DNA of 64,000 nucleotides, from NCBI RefSeq assembly GCF_963921235.1, contig NC_086108.1, positions 61,506,001-61,570,000 on the forward strand, in the 5' to 3' direction. The stretch comes from Mobula hypostoma (Eukaryota). How positions within the stretch are numbered: position 1 is the stretch's first letter; every line of letters starts with the position of its first letter. The notes under the pieces were generated by a model. That model ran no database searches and was not told the origin of the DNA. It saw only the letters and a list, made by a program, of their open reading frames with translations. The position numbers and the translations under genes were made by a program. This document shows positions 40,017 to 51,584 of the stretch, piece after piece.

Positions 40017-40052
40017 AGTCCTGACGAAGGGTCTTGGCCTGAAACGTCGACT
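40017..40052 (+). ncRNA. Minimal type I hammerhead ribozyme motif (Penelope)
   Basis: AGTC-CTGACGA-AGG gtcttgg CCT-GAAA-CGTC-GACT, with predicted cleavage after C40048. Confidence 0.8.
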
Positions 40053-40419
40053 GAAACCCTTCCAATAGATGCTGCCTGGCCTGCTGCGTTTACCAGCAAC
40101 TTTGATGTGTGTTGCTTGAATTTCCAGCATCTGCAGAATTCCTGTTGTTACGTTTTTTTTTAATTAATTCCAAATATAAAATACAAAATAATTGATTGCT
40201 TAAGTATTCACCCCCACTCCCCCCCCCCGCTTTAATATGACACACCAAATCATCACTGGTGCAGCCAACTGGTTTTAGAAGTCATATAATTAGTTAAATG
40301 TAGATCTATTTTTTGAAACCTGTGTGCAGTCAAGGTGCTTTGATTGATTGTAGTAAAAATATACCTGTATCTGGAAGGTCCAACTGTGGGCAACTGAGTA
40401 TTCTGGCAAAAAATACACC

Positions 40420-41345
40420 ATGAAGACAAAAAAACACTCCAAGCAACTCCACAAAAAGGTTATTGAAAAGCACAAGTCAGGAGATGGATACAAGAAAATT
40501 TGCAAGTCACTGAATAGCCCTTGGAGTATAGTTAAGTAAATCATCAAGAAATGGGAAGAATATGGTACAGCTGTAAATCTGCCTCGAGCAGGCCATCGTC
40601 AAAAACTGAGTGACCGTGCAAGAAGGGGACTAGTGAGGGAGGCCCTAAGACAACTCCGGAGGAGATACAAGCTTCAGTGGTGGACTGCATACAACTGTTG
40701 CCTGGGTGCTTCACCAGTCACAGCTTTATGGGAGAGTGGCAAAGAGAAAGCCACTGTTGAAAAACTCACATGAAATTTTGGCTAGGGTTGCCAGAAGGGA
40801 TGTGGGACACTCTGAAGTAGGCTGGAAGAAGGTTCTATGGTCTGATGAAACCAAAATTGAGCTTTTTGGCCATCAGACTAAGCATTGTGCACATCATCAA
40901 AAACACACCATCCTTACGATGAAGCACGGTGGTGGCTGCATCATGCAGTGGGGATGCTTCACTGCAGCAGGCCCCGGAAGGCTTGTGAAGGTAGAGGGTA
41001 AAATGAATGCAGTAAAATACAGGGAAACTGGGAGAAGATTTGTTTTCTAGCAAGACAATGACCCGAAGCATGAAGCCAAAGCTATACAGGAGTGGCTTAA
41101 AAACAGCAAAGTTAATGTCCTGGCATGGCCAAGTCAGAGTCCAGCCTCAATCCAATTGAGAATCTGTGGCTGGACTTGAAAAGAGCTGTTCACGCATGAT
41201 CCCCATGCAATCTGACAGAGCTGGAGCAGTTTAGTAAAGAAGCAAGGGGAAAATTTCAGTGTTCAGATGTGCAAAGTTGATAGAGGTCTATTCACACAGA
41301 ATCAAGGCTGTAATTGTTGCCAAAGGTGCATCTACTAAATACTGA
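40420..41345 (+). pseudogene. Tc1 transposase, inactivated by stops, frameshifts and deletions
   Basis: [65 protein letters not shown] and GASTKY* motifs. Confidence 0.9.
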
Positions 41346-41849
41346 CTTGAAGGGGGTGAATACTAATGCAGTCAATTATTTTGTGTTTTATATTTGTAAT
41401 TAATTTAGATTACTTTGTAGAGATCTGTTTTCACTTTGACATGAAAGACTCTTTTCCTGTTGATCAGTGTCAAAAAGCCAAATTAAATCCACTGTGATTC
41501 ATTATTGTAAAACAATAAAACATGAAAACTTCCAAGTGGGAGAATACTTTTTATAGGCACTGTATATTGCATAAGGAATACTGCATGAGGAGTGTTACAA
41601 CTTGATGTGTATCTGATGCAAAAACCATATCGGACCCATAAGTACACCAGAGATAGAGAACAGTTACTCAATTCTGAATGATAATATGTTATTGTAAGAA
41701 GGAAGTCAAGTTGTATTCTTTGGGAAGTTCAGTTTAATTTCCTTCATCTGTACACAGTACTCTCAGAAATTAACCAAAATGGTCTGTCTAAGTTCAAACA
41801 ATGAGAGAAGACTCTGTGAATCTAAGATAATCATCCAATAGAAAAGTTA

Positions 41850-42167
41850 TCATCTATGCATCTGTTAGTCTTGCGAAACCATGGATCTGCGCCTGGAAAG
41901 TCTTCACCCTCCAGGGCGCAGGCCTGGGCAAGGTTGTATGGAAGACTAGCAGTTGCTCATGCTGCAAGTCTCCTCTTTCCATGACACCAATGTTGCCCAA
42001 GGGAAGGGCATTAGGACCCATACATCTTGGCACCAGTGTCGTCGCAGAGCAATGTGTGATTAAGTGCCTTGCTCAAGGCTACAACACACGTTGCCTCGGC
42101 TGGGGCTCGAACTCATGACCTTCAGGTTGCTAGTCCAATGCCTTAACCACTTGGCCACGTGCCCACA
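41850..42167 (-). mobile_element. tRNA-derived SINE with CORE-like domain
   Basis: Minus strand has A box TGGCCAAGTGG and B box GTTCGAGCC, then ccttgagcaaggcacttaa (CORE-like). atcatc occurs at both flanks. Confidence 0.8.
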
Positions 42168-42269
42168 ATCATCATGCACATTCAAGTTTATATATGTTAC
42201 TGCACATGAACAGATCTAGAGATTATCATAAACTCAAGAGATTCTCTGTTCATCATCACCCTGAGGTGT

Positions 42270-42556
42270 CCCTTCTCCTTCCCTTTCTCCCATGGTCTAA
42301 TGTCCTCTTCTATCTCCCATGTTCTTTCCTACCTTTCACCTATGACTTTCCAGTTTCTCACTTCATCTCCCATCCCCTACCTTCCCTGTATTGGTTTCTC
42401 CTATTGCCCGATGGCTTGTACTCATTCCCCTCCCCCTAACTTCTTATTCAGGCTTCTGGCCCCCTTCTTTTCCAGTCCCGATGAAGATTCTCAGCCCAAA
42501 ACATCTACAGTTTATTCCTTTCTGTAGACGCTGCCTGACTTGATGAGTTCCTCTAG
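42270..42556 (+). mobile_element. Old Penelope pseudo-LTR fragment with decayed hammerhead
   Basis: Pyrimidine-rich tract, then agtcccgatgaagattctcagcccaaaacatc...gacgctgcctgacttgatgagttcctc. Confidence 0.6.
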
Positions 42557-43171
42557 AGATTCGAATTTGTTGCTAGAGATTATGATTGTTACAATTCACT
42601 CTGCCCAAGCTAAATTTCATTCCACAGTGCTAAAATACATAACTTACTTTCTGAGAAATTTTATCTACTGTACCTTAATGTTTGCATATCTTTGTTATCC
42701 TTTTGTGTCAATACTGTCATTAAACATTCTAATCATCACACTAAAATTAATACAAAGTTTTCATCCTGTAATTACACAGTCCAGGCACCAGGTGATATCA
42801 TTTACTTCAGTCAAGCAAAACCAAACAAGAAAAAGACAGAGAAACACAGGTGAGGAGTGAAAGACACAGTAAATGTTGAGAAGAAAAAATAATAGTAGAG
42901 GAGAGGTGATAGACATGGGAATGAAAGAGAGAGGAGGGAAGACAATCAAAAAGGAGTACCAAGAAACATGAACACAAAGACAACAGAGTAATGTCTGAGG
43001 GAGATCATATTCATTGGCCTACCATATGTAATTAGGGGAAATTGATTTGTTTCTTATGAATGATAGTTGGCTGTCTTTTCTGCCTGATATACAAATAATT
43101 AGGACGTACTATTTGTTAATAGTTATCAATAATACTTAAAATTATGCACCAAGTATTTAAGTAAATTTAAT

Positions 43172-43465
43172 GACGGTATCACAGTAGCGTGTAGTGGTTA
43201 GCGTAACACTATTACAGCTCAGGCCATTCCAGAGTTCAAAGTTCAATTCCAGAACTATCAGTGAGTAGTTTGTATGTTCTCCCCGTGATTCGCGTGGGTT
43301 TCCACCGGATGCTCTCATTTCCTCTCACAGTCCAATGACATTTGCTAATTGGTCATTATAAATTGTCCTGTGATTAGGCTGGTGTTAAATGCGTGGTATG
43401 CTGGGCAAAGCGGCTCAATGGGTTGGAATGGCCCGTCCCGCACTGTATCGGTAAATAAAAAAAAT
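43172..43465 (+). mobile_element. V-SINE (HE1-like) with CR1-type tail
   Basis: tRNA-like head (gtagtggttagc..gttcaattcc) and V-domain gtttgtatgttctccccgtgattcgcgtgggtttccaccggatgctc. Confidence 0.75.
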
Positions 43466-43513
43466 ACACGTAGGGCAAGAAGTTTCGGTCAATGGTGCAC
43501 TTCCTGAGCTCAC

Positions 43514-43554
43514 CATGCACAGATCTGTTGATAGTAGATCTATCAAATTTGGCC
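43514..43554 (-). CDS. Candidate 41-nt exon
   Basis: Acceptor tttctccatttag and donor ATG|GTGAGC. Two frames are open. Confidence 0.25.
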
Positions 43555-44444
43555 CTAAATGGAGAAATACGCAACTGCAGAGCCTCCAGGTCACACAGGA
43601 GTTAGATACAAATAAGCCTTCCTCATGAAATAGCTGAAAACAATTTAATAGTTAACTGGTCCACCAGCTGTCCCACCACCACCCCCCTTTCCCCACCAAC
43701 CACCCTCCTCCAAACACACACACATGCATGTACACACATGTTCAGAGGATCAATGGTTCTCGACATCATTGACAAACAGAAGTATTAAAAATACCTTCAA
43801 AGTATTACGACACAATTAATCAATTAAAATATTTAAGAGCTATGAATTTTTAAAAATAAAAGGTTACTTTGAAATGCTCTTAAACAATTAAAAGCATTAA
43901 ACTCAATGAGTTAAAATGATTCCATAACCTGTACTTAGCTGTGCAGTGACTCCTCTCCATTCAAATGAATGGACGAGCTATTCAACACTAAACTGATTCC
44001 ACAACCTATGGACTCACTTCCAGGAACTCTGCAACTCATGTTCTAAGTATGTATATAATTACTTGTTGTTTTTTTTCTGTATTTGCACAGTTTGTCTTTT
44101 TTTTGTCCATTGGTTGTATGTCAAGACCTTGTTTGTATGTAGTTTATCATTGATTCCATTGTATTTGTTTGTTCTCCTGCAGGAAAATGAATCATGTGGT
44201 GAAATATATGTACCTTGACAATGAATTTACTTTGAACTTATTCAAGCTATTCATTCAGTTCAGCAAGCACTCTCTTCAGTATAAGTGCCAGGTTGCTCAC
44301 TACTGTTGGATGCCAATTAGTGATAGCATTGGCAGACCTGGAAACGATAATCCCTAGGTGGTGAGCGCAGGTATTCAGCAGTAATGGCAGCTTTCTGGCC
44401 CTGTTTGTTCCTCAGTAACATTCTGAAGAAAATATCTGGTAACA

Positions 44445-44820
44445 GTGGTGAACTGGTGGAAATACTGCCTCACAGGGTCTGACGCCTAGATTGAATTGGA
44501 TTTTGAGTGTAGCCTCTATTGAGTTTGCATGTTTTCCCTGTGAGGACATGAGTTTCCTCCAGGTACGGAGGTTTCCTTCCACATTATAAAGACATGTTGC
44601 TTGGCGGACTAATCGACTACTGGCCCCTAGACTGCCGGAGAATTGGTGATTCAGAATGTGGGAGATGATGTGACAGTGCTGGGGGTGGGGGGGTATTGAT
44701 GGGAACATGGAAGGAACTTTGTAATGGGATTTACTGTATATCAGATTAATGTAGTGGGTGGTGGAAGGTCAATTCGCCAAAGGGTCTGTTTCTATGCTGC
44801 AACTCTCCATGACTCTGTGC
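44445..44820 (+). mobile_element. Degraded V-SINE
   Basis: gagtttgcatgttttccctgtg...gtttcctccaggtac..ggtttccttccaca, with CR1-like tail gggtctgtttctatgctg. Confidence 0.65.
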
Positions 44821-45239
44821 CATTCATTATTGACAAGCTGCTCATTAATGCATTGTATTTTCAATGAGTTATTTTTATGGGGAATCCAATATAAGAGTAC
44901 AGTCAATCACCAGCAAGAGTTGGATCTACTGGTGTCTTCTAACAAGTTCAGGCTTGTAGAGTTACAAGCATAAGACTCAAATACAATATCTATTTAAAAT
45001 CACAGGGATTATGATTTTGTACAACTATGTTGGTTATATAGTATAGGCAAATTTTAGAAGTAAAAAGATTAAAGTATCACCTCATTTCCTATCAAAGATT
45101 CAATCAATACAGAGAGTTGGAATGTGTGTCACCCAATATGTGTCTCACATTAGCCAATCTGTCCTTATTCTTCCACAGGTGCCAACTTCATCACCTCACT
45201 ATCCTTTTAATTATACTGTAAGGAGAAATGGGCCACAAG

Positions 45240-48200
45240 TAGCAAAATCCTAGGTATTATATTTGAATGCACATACTAAATTAAATAAGGCAGATGATTT
45301 TGTAGCACAGTTAGAATTTGGTAGGTATGACATTGTGGCATCGCTGAGTCATGGCTGAAAGAAGATCACAGTTGGGAACTTAATATCCAAGGATACACAT
45401 CGTATCAAAAAGACAGGCAGGTGGGCAGAAGAGGTGGGGTGCTTTTGTTGGCAAAAAATGAAATCAAATCCTCAGAATGAAGTAACATAGGATCAGAGGC
45501 AGAATCCTTGTCGGTGGAGATTAGAAACTGCAAGGGTAAAAAGACCCTGATGGGAGTTATATACAGGCTAGGATGTGGAGTATAAATTACAATAGGAGAT
45601 AGAAAAGGCATGTAAAGAGGGTAATATTACAATGGTCATGGGGGAGAGGAAATTAGATCGGTGCAGAATCCCAAGAAAAGGAATGTATACAATGCCAATG
45701 AAATGGCTTTTTCAAGATTCAATATTCAAAATTGTTTAATGTCTTTTCCAGTACACAGTGTAAAGGAGAACAAAATATTTGTTACTCTGGATCCAATGCA
45801 GCACAAAAACCACAATGAGATAAAGAACACAATAATAATAAGAAGCAGAACAACTATAAGTATATACAGTGGCTTCTATACATAGATTGATAGTATCTCA
45901 CACAGGAGTGTCTGTACAGGAAATGATAAAGTAGTGGTGGTTAGGAATGTGGAGGGGTGGGTTAGTGGGTGGAGGTGTTTGTGCTGCTTGTAGAAAGTAA
46001 CTGGTTTTTCATTCTGGTGGTCCTGGTGTGGATGTTATGTGGACTCTTGATGGCTTTTTTGAGTAGTTTGTGGCTGAGTCCAGCAGAGACAAGATAATTC
46101 TTGAACTGGGTGCTGTGTAATGAACCAGATTTGATTAGGGACTTTAAATTAAATGAACCCTAGGAGGAAGTAATCATAATATGATAGAATTCACTGCATG
46201 GTGAATTAGAGGGAGCTATTAGAGGGAGAAACTGAAATTAGAAGTATCACTATTACAGTGGAGTAAAGAGATCTATAGGGGCATAGAGAGGAGCTGGCTA
46301 AAGTTGATTGAAAGGCGACACCAGCAGGGATGACGGCAGAACAGCAATGGCTGGATTTTCTGGGAGCAGTTCAAAAGGCACAGGAAAGATACATTCCAAA
46401 GATGAAGTAGTTTTCTAAAGGGAGGATAAAGCAACCGTGGTTGACAAAGGAAGTCAAAGACAGAATAAAAGCAAAAGAGAGGGCACACAATATAGGAAAC
46501 ATTAATGGGAATTAACAGCAAAAGGATTGGGAAGTTTTTAAAAACCAGCAAAAAGTAATAAGGAGAGAAAAGGTGAAATATGAACCTAAACTAGCCAATA
46601 ATATAACAGAGGATTCTAAGTACAGGTGTCCCCCGCTTTTCGAACGTTCGCTTTACAAAACCTCACTGTTACGAAAGACCTACATGAGTACCGTTTTCGC
46701 TTTCAGAAGGTGTTTTCACTGTTATGAAAAAAAAGCAGCACGCTATAAAAAATTCAGCGTGCGAAAAAAATCAGCGCGCGATAAAAGGCAGCGCGTGCCC
46801 TGAGCAGCCGCTCTCCCCGGATTCAGAACGGCATTGCTTTAACACGTGCCTGTGAGCAGCTGTTTGCAAGATGAGTTCTATGGTGTTGGAAAAGCCTAAA
46901 AGAGCTCGTAAGAGTGTTACACTTAGCGTAAAACTAGACATAATTAAGCATTTCAATCATGGTGAACGAAGTAAGGACTAAGTGAGTTTGGCTTGTGGAA
47001 GCTGACGAAGATGATGTTGAAGAGGTTTTGGCATCCCATGACCAAGAACTGATAGATGAAGAATTGGAAGAGAAAAGGATAACAATCGAAACCGAATGCA
47101 GTAGCGAAAGTGAAGCAACTAGGTGAGATTTTCGCTGCAATGATAAAGTACGACTTTAATTTTGAAAGGGTACGTAGGTTTAGGGGATATTTGCAGGATG
47201 GTTTGAGTCCTTACAAAGAACTGTGTGATAGAAAAATGCGCGAGGCTCAGCAGTCAAGCAAGCCTTCCACATCAGCCACAGCAGACGGCGAACCTCGACC
47301 TTCGACATCAAGGCAGGCAGTCATAGGAGAAGATGAGCTGCCTGCACCAATGGAAACAGACAACGAGATGACACCCTAGTGTCCCACCACCCCAACAACC
47401 AGGCCACGGACAGATACTGTACCGATTCGCGGAGAATGCAGCAGTAGCTGGGAGGCACACGGCACATCTTTAAAAAGCCGAAATAAACATGCTAGTTAAT
47501 TAGGTGCTGCCCCACACATAAATGTCGGCCCAGATCAAAGGCGATGTAATTGGCAATCGGCACTGATCCGGGCCGACAATTACGTGCCAGGCAGCACCTA
47601 ATTAATTAGCATGTTTATTTCAGCTTTTTTCTTAAACATGTGCTGGATGCGTCCCAACTACCGCTGGACTCCTGCGTGCCTCGTGGCAATGTATCGGTCA
47701 GCGGCCTGGAGGGTGGGGGCCACTGCACCACCCAAACTCTGACTCAGTCTAACAAACCATCATCAGTGTGCTCGGCACTGTCTTCCCAATTCCAGTAAGT
47801 GATACTACACTGTTCATACATTATTTCTACTTTATATCGGCTGTGTATTTTTACGTGTTATTTGGTATGATTTGGCAGCTTCATAGCTTAAAGGTTACTG
47901 GAGAGCGCTTGCGCCGTGTTTTTCCCAACAGCACTTGTGTGAGATTTTCTGCCGATGGCGCTTACGTGAGATCTTTGCTACGGAGATCTGTGCAGGCAAT
48001 CGTTGTAGAGAAGTATTTCTACTTTATACAGGCTGTGTATTTATCATATCATTCCTGCTTTTACTATGTGTTACTGTTATTATAGGTTTTATGTGTTATT
48101 TGGCATGATTTGGTAGGTTATTTTTGGGTCTGCGAACGCTCACAAAATTTTCCCATATAAATAAATGGTAATTGTTTCTTCGTTTTACGACATTTCGGCT

Positions 48201-49960
48201 TATGAACCGTTTCATAGGAATGCTCTACCTTCGGATGGCAGGGGAAACCTGGATATAAAGTGTGAGAGAGAAGCAAGAGTGCACATTGGACTGCTGGAAA
48301 ATGATGCTGGAGAGGTAGTAATGGGGAATAAAGAAATGGCAACAAACTCAGTCTTCACTGTGGAAGACAGCAGCAGCACGCCATTAATTCAAATGCTTTG
48401 CACATAGAAGTGAGTTGATGTCATTACTAAGGAGAAAATAAATGGGAAGCTGAAAAACCTGAAGGTGGGTAAGTCACCTGGAACAGATGGACTACATACC
48501 AGGGTACTGAAAGAAGTAGCTGAAGAGATTGTGGAGGTATTAGTAGTGATCATTAGATTCTGGAATGGTTGTGGAGGACTGAAAAATTACAATTACCACT
48601 CCACTCTTTAAGAAGGGAGGGAAACAAAGGAGAGGAAATTATAGGCAAGTTTAGCCTGACTTTGGTGGTTACCAAGATGTTAAGAGTCCATGATTAAATA
48701 TGAGGTTTTGTGGTGCATGATAAAATCAGCATGTTTCCTTAAGGAATATCCTCTCTGGAAAAACTGTTGGAATTCCTTGAGGAAATAACAGGAGAGTCAG
48801 TGGATGTTGTTTACTTGGATTTTCGGAAGTCCTTTGACAAGATGCTGCCCATGAGGCTGCTAAATAAGATTTAAAAAAACTTATAGCATTACAGGAAAGA
48901 TATTAGCATGGACAGAAGATTGACTGACTGGGAGAAGGCAAAGAGTTGGAATAAAGGGGAGCCTTTTCTGTTTGGCTGCTGGTGACTAGTGGTGTTCTGC
49001 AGTGGTCAGTTTTGGGACTGCTTCTTTTTACGTTATATGTCAACGATCTGGATGACTGAATAGTTGGCTTTGTGGCCAAGTTTTCAGATGTTACCAACAT
49101 AGCTGAAAAAGCAGGGAGTGTTGAGCAAACAGAAAGTCTGCAGAAGGATTTGGACAGATTGGGAGAATGAGAAAAGAAGTGGCCGATGGAATATAGCGTA
49201 GAGAAGTGTATGGTCATGCATGTTGGTAGAAAGAATAAAGAAAAAATAATTATTTTCTAAATGGAGAGTGAATTCAGAAATCAGTGCACAAAGGGGCTTG
49301 CGTGTCCCAGGGCAGGATTCCTAAATATTATCTTGCAGGTTGAGTCAGCAAGTTTGAGAAGACTACAATACAACAGTAAGGATATAACGCTGATGCTTTA
49401 CAAGTCATTGGTGAGACCACATTGGGAGTGTTGTGAGCAGTTTTGTGTCTCATGTCTAAGAAAGAATGTGCCGGAAGTGAAGATGGTCCAGAAGAGGATT
49501 ACAAGATTGACTCTGGGAATGAATGGGTTAATATGAGGCTTGGTTGATGGCTCTGGGACCATATTCGCTGAAATTTACAGGAATGGGCAAAGGGGGAATA
49601 CCATTGAAATCTACCAAAATAGAGTGGACATGGAGAAAATGTTTCCAATAGTGGGGGAACCTAGGACCAGAAGGCACAGCCTTGGAATATCAGGATGTTC
49701 TTTTAAGACAGAGATGAGAAGGATTTTCATTAGCCAGTGGATGGTGAATCTGTAGAATTCATTGCCAAAGACAGCTGTGGAGGCCAAGTTACTGGGTATA
49801 TTTAATACAGAGGTTGATAGGTTCTTGATTAGTAAGGCCTTCAAAGGTAACAAGGAGAAGGCAGGAGAATCGGGTGGAGAAGGAAAATAAATCAACCATG
49901 ATTAAATGGCAAACAGGCTTGATGGGCCAAATGGCCTATCTCTGCTCCTATGCCTTATGA
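45240..49960 (+). mobile_element. Degraded CR1 ORF2 (family related to 13312-17774), interrupted by a Rex 3' piece (~45712-46035, minus) and a Tigger
   Basis: Colinear with the reverse complement of 13340-16220, from endonuclease start through RT to 3' tail, with many stops. Confidence 0.85.
46623..48251 (+). mobile_element. Internally deleted Tigger/pogo DNA transposon
   Basis: TA|caggtgtcccccgc ... gcaggggaaacctg termini. Residual MSSMVLEKPKRARKSVTLSVKLDIIKHF (CENP-B-type HTH start) joins the acidic C-terminal DEDDVEEVLASHDQELIDEEL. The DDE core is absent. Confidence 0.8.
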
Positions 49961-50004
49961 ATTACAGACAGAAGACAAAGGTGATGGCAGTTGTCAGATT
50001 CGGG

Positions 50005-51140
50005 AACAAAATACAGAACGCTGAAAAACTCCATGGGTCAAAGAGCATTTGTAAAGACAAAAGGTGTATGTCAATATTTTGGAACAAGATCTTGCTTCGA
50101 GGCTGTAAAGGAAGTGAACTTTTGACAGAACACAGAAAAACAAGGGAGAATGTGATTATGGGCAGACTAAACCAGATGGGGAAGTGGTGCAGGAGGGCTT
50201 GTGGAAGGGGGCATGGGAAAGATGAACAAAGGAATGAAGCCTATGTGGACAAGTGAGTGTGTGTGGTAGAAGAACACTGAGGGTATGAGGACTTGAAGTT
50301 AGAAAATTCAGTGCTCATATCACTGGACTGTAGGTTACGGAAGCAAAATAAGAGAGGGTATTCTTGTAATTTACATTTGGTCTCTCCAATGGAGAATGTA
50401 ATGGAGAAAGCCGAGGACTGACAGAATAGGAAGGAGAGGTAACATGACATGCAACTGGAAGCTCAAGATGTCCATTACAGGTGCTCTGCAAAGCAATGCC
50501 CGTGACATGAGCAACCATGACAGAAGTCAGGTGTCACTATAGGGAAGGCTACAACATGAGCACCAAATGCAGTAGATGAGTTTGGACAAAGTGAAGATGA
50601 ATTTCTATCTCACTTGGAGTGATGCTTAGGTTACCTCATGGTAGTGAGGAAGGAAATGAAGAGAGATCTCTTTTATTTGGAGGGGAAGGAGTCAGGGCAT
50701 GGGAATGGATGGGTAGGAAAGGACATGTGGACTGGCAAGGCCTCTACATTGTGATCCCTGCAGAAAGCAGAAAGTAGAGAAAGACCTGGCTGTTGGAAAA
50801 CATGGAGATGGAATGTTGAATATGGCAACTATTTGGGGTGAAAGGTGAAAACCAAGAGAACTCGGGTCATTACTCTGTGTAAGGAGTGGAGAGTGAAAGC
50901 AGATGAATGGGAAATGGAGGAAACGTGTGTGAGAGTTCCATCAACAAACTTCACAACTCATGCCGGTGATCATAAACCTGATTCTGATTCTGATTCTGAA
51001 CTACAGCAGAAGGGAAATCATGTTTCACAAAGAAGCAGGACATTTCAGAAGGCCATACCATGACACAGAGAAAAAGATGAAAAGGGATTCCTTACAGGAA
51101 GCAGGGTAAAAGGAAATGTAGCTGAGGTAACTGCATGAGT
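50005..51140 (-). mobile_element. Old Penelope-like fragment
   Basis: gaagttagaaaattcagtgctcat resembles gaagttagagaagtcaatgttcat at 39245, after a purine-rich pseudo-LTR tract. Highly decayed. Confidence 0.5.
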
Positions 51141-51522
51141 TAGTGAGTTTTTTGCAGATCAGAAACAATATTGGACTCGTTGAGTATGCCAGCATTTCAG
51201 CTCCAATATGTTTCTCTGCAGTGTTGTGTGCATACAAAGAAATCAAAATATCTGAAGACTGGCTCCTGATCCAGCTTAATAAGCTCAAACATTCATTGCT
51301 GTTGATGTCTTTCTAAGATGCCATTCTGTTATGAATTAGAAAAGCACAGTAACACTCCTAAGACACCCACATTCATTGAATGTGAAGGTAACTATTGAAC
51401 TTTTAACATCCTTATTATTTTCTTTTCTGACGTCATAGAACAGAAATTGTTATAATTTATCCATGCTTTATCATGTCTGTTCTTCTAATACGTTCAATAA
51501 ATACACTCAATATAAAAATCAC

Positions 51523-51584
51523 CCAATAAAGTGATCTTAGAATTTTTCTTCCTGGACTTTTTTTCAAATGCTTTTGAACATCAC
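51523..51584 (-). CDS. Candidate 62-nt exon (DVQKHLKKSPGRKILRSLYW)
   Basis: Good acceptor ctttattgctttaattttcgcacag and weaker donor TGG|GTGATT. Confidence 0.25.

Larger units (their letters stand above)
38845..40161. mobile_element. Penelope-like element as head-to-head palindrome (GIY-YIG C-terminus + pseudo-LTR on both strands)
   Basis: Arms 38845-39477 and 39485-40114 are reverse complements with a 7-nt spacer. Both encode RRLGD(R/C)FAEHLRSV..PVATHFNS..EQHLIF.. (GIY-YIG end). TSD aattaattccaa at 38833-38844 and 40162-40173. Confidence 0.9.
38677..41562 (+). mobile_element. Tc1 (IR/DR type) DNA transposon, left TIR interrupted by Penelope
   Basis: TA|caatgcctataaaa ... ttttataggcactg|TA. 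TIRs of ~200 bp: left 38677-38844 plus 40174-40216, right ~41350-41562. Confidence 0.92.

Noticed and set aside
38835..40163. Pro/Leu/Ser-rich or Gly/Arg-rich ORFs on both strands
   Set aside because: Translations of the purine/pyrimidine-biased pseudo-LTR, duplicated because of the palindrome.
42090..42167. tRNA gene
   Set aside because: A/B boxes are present but run straight into a SINE body, so it is a SINE head.
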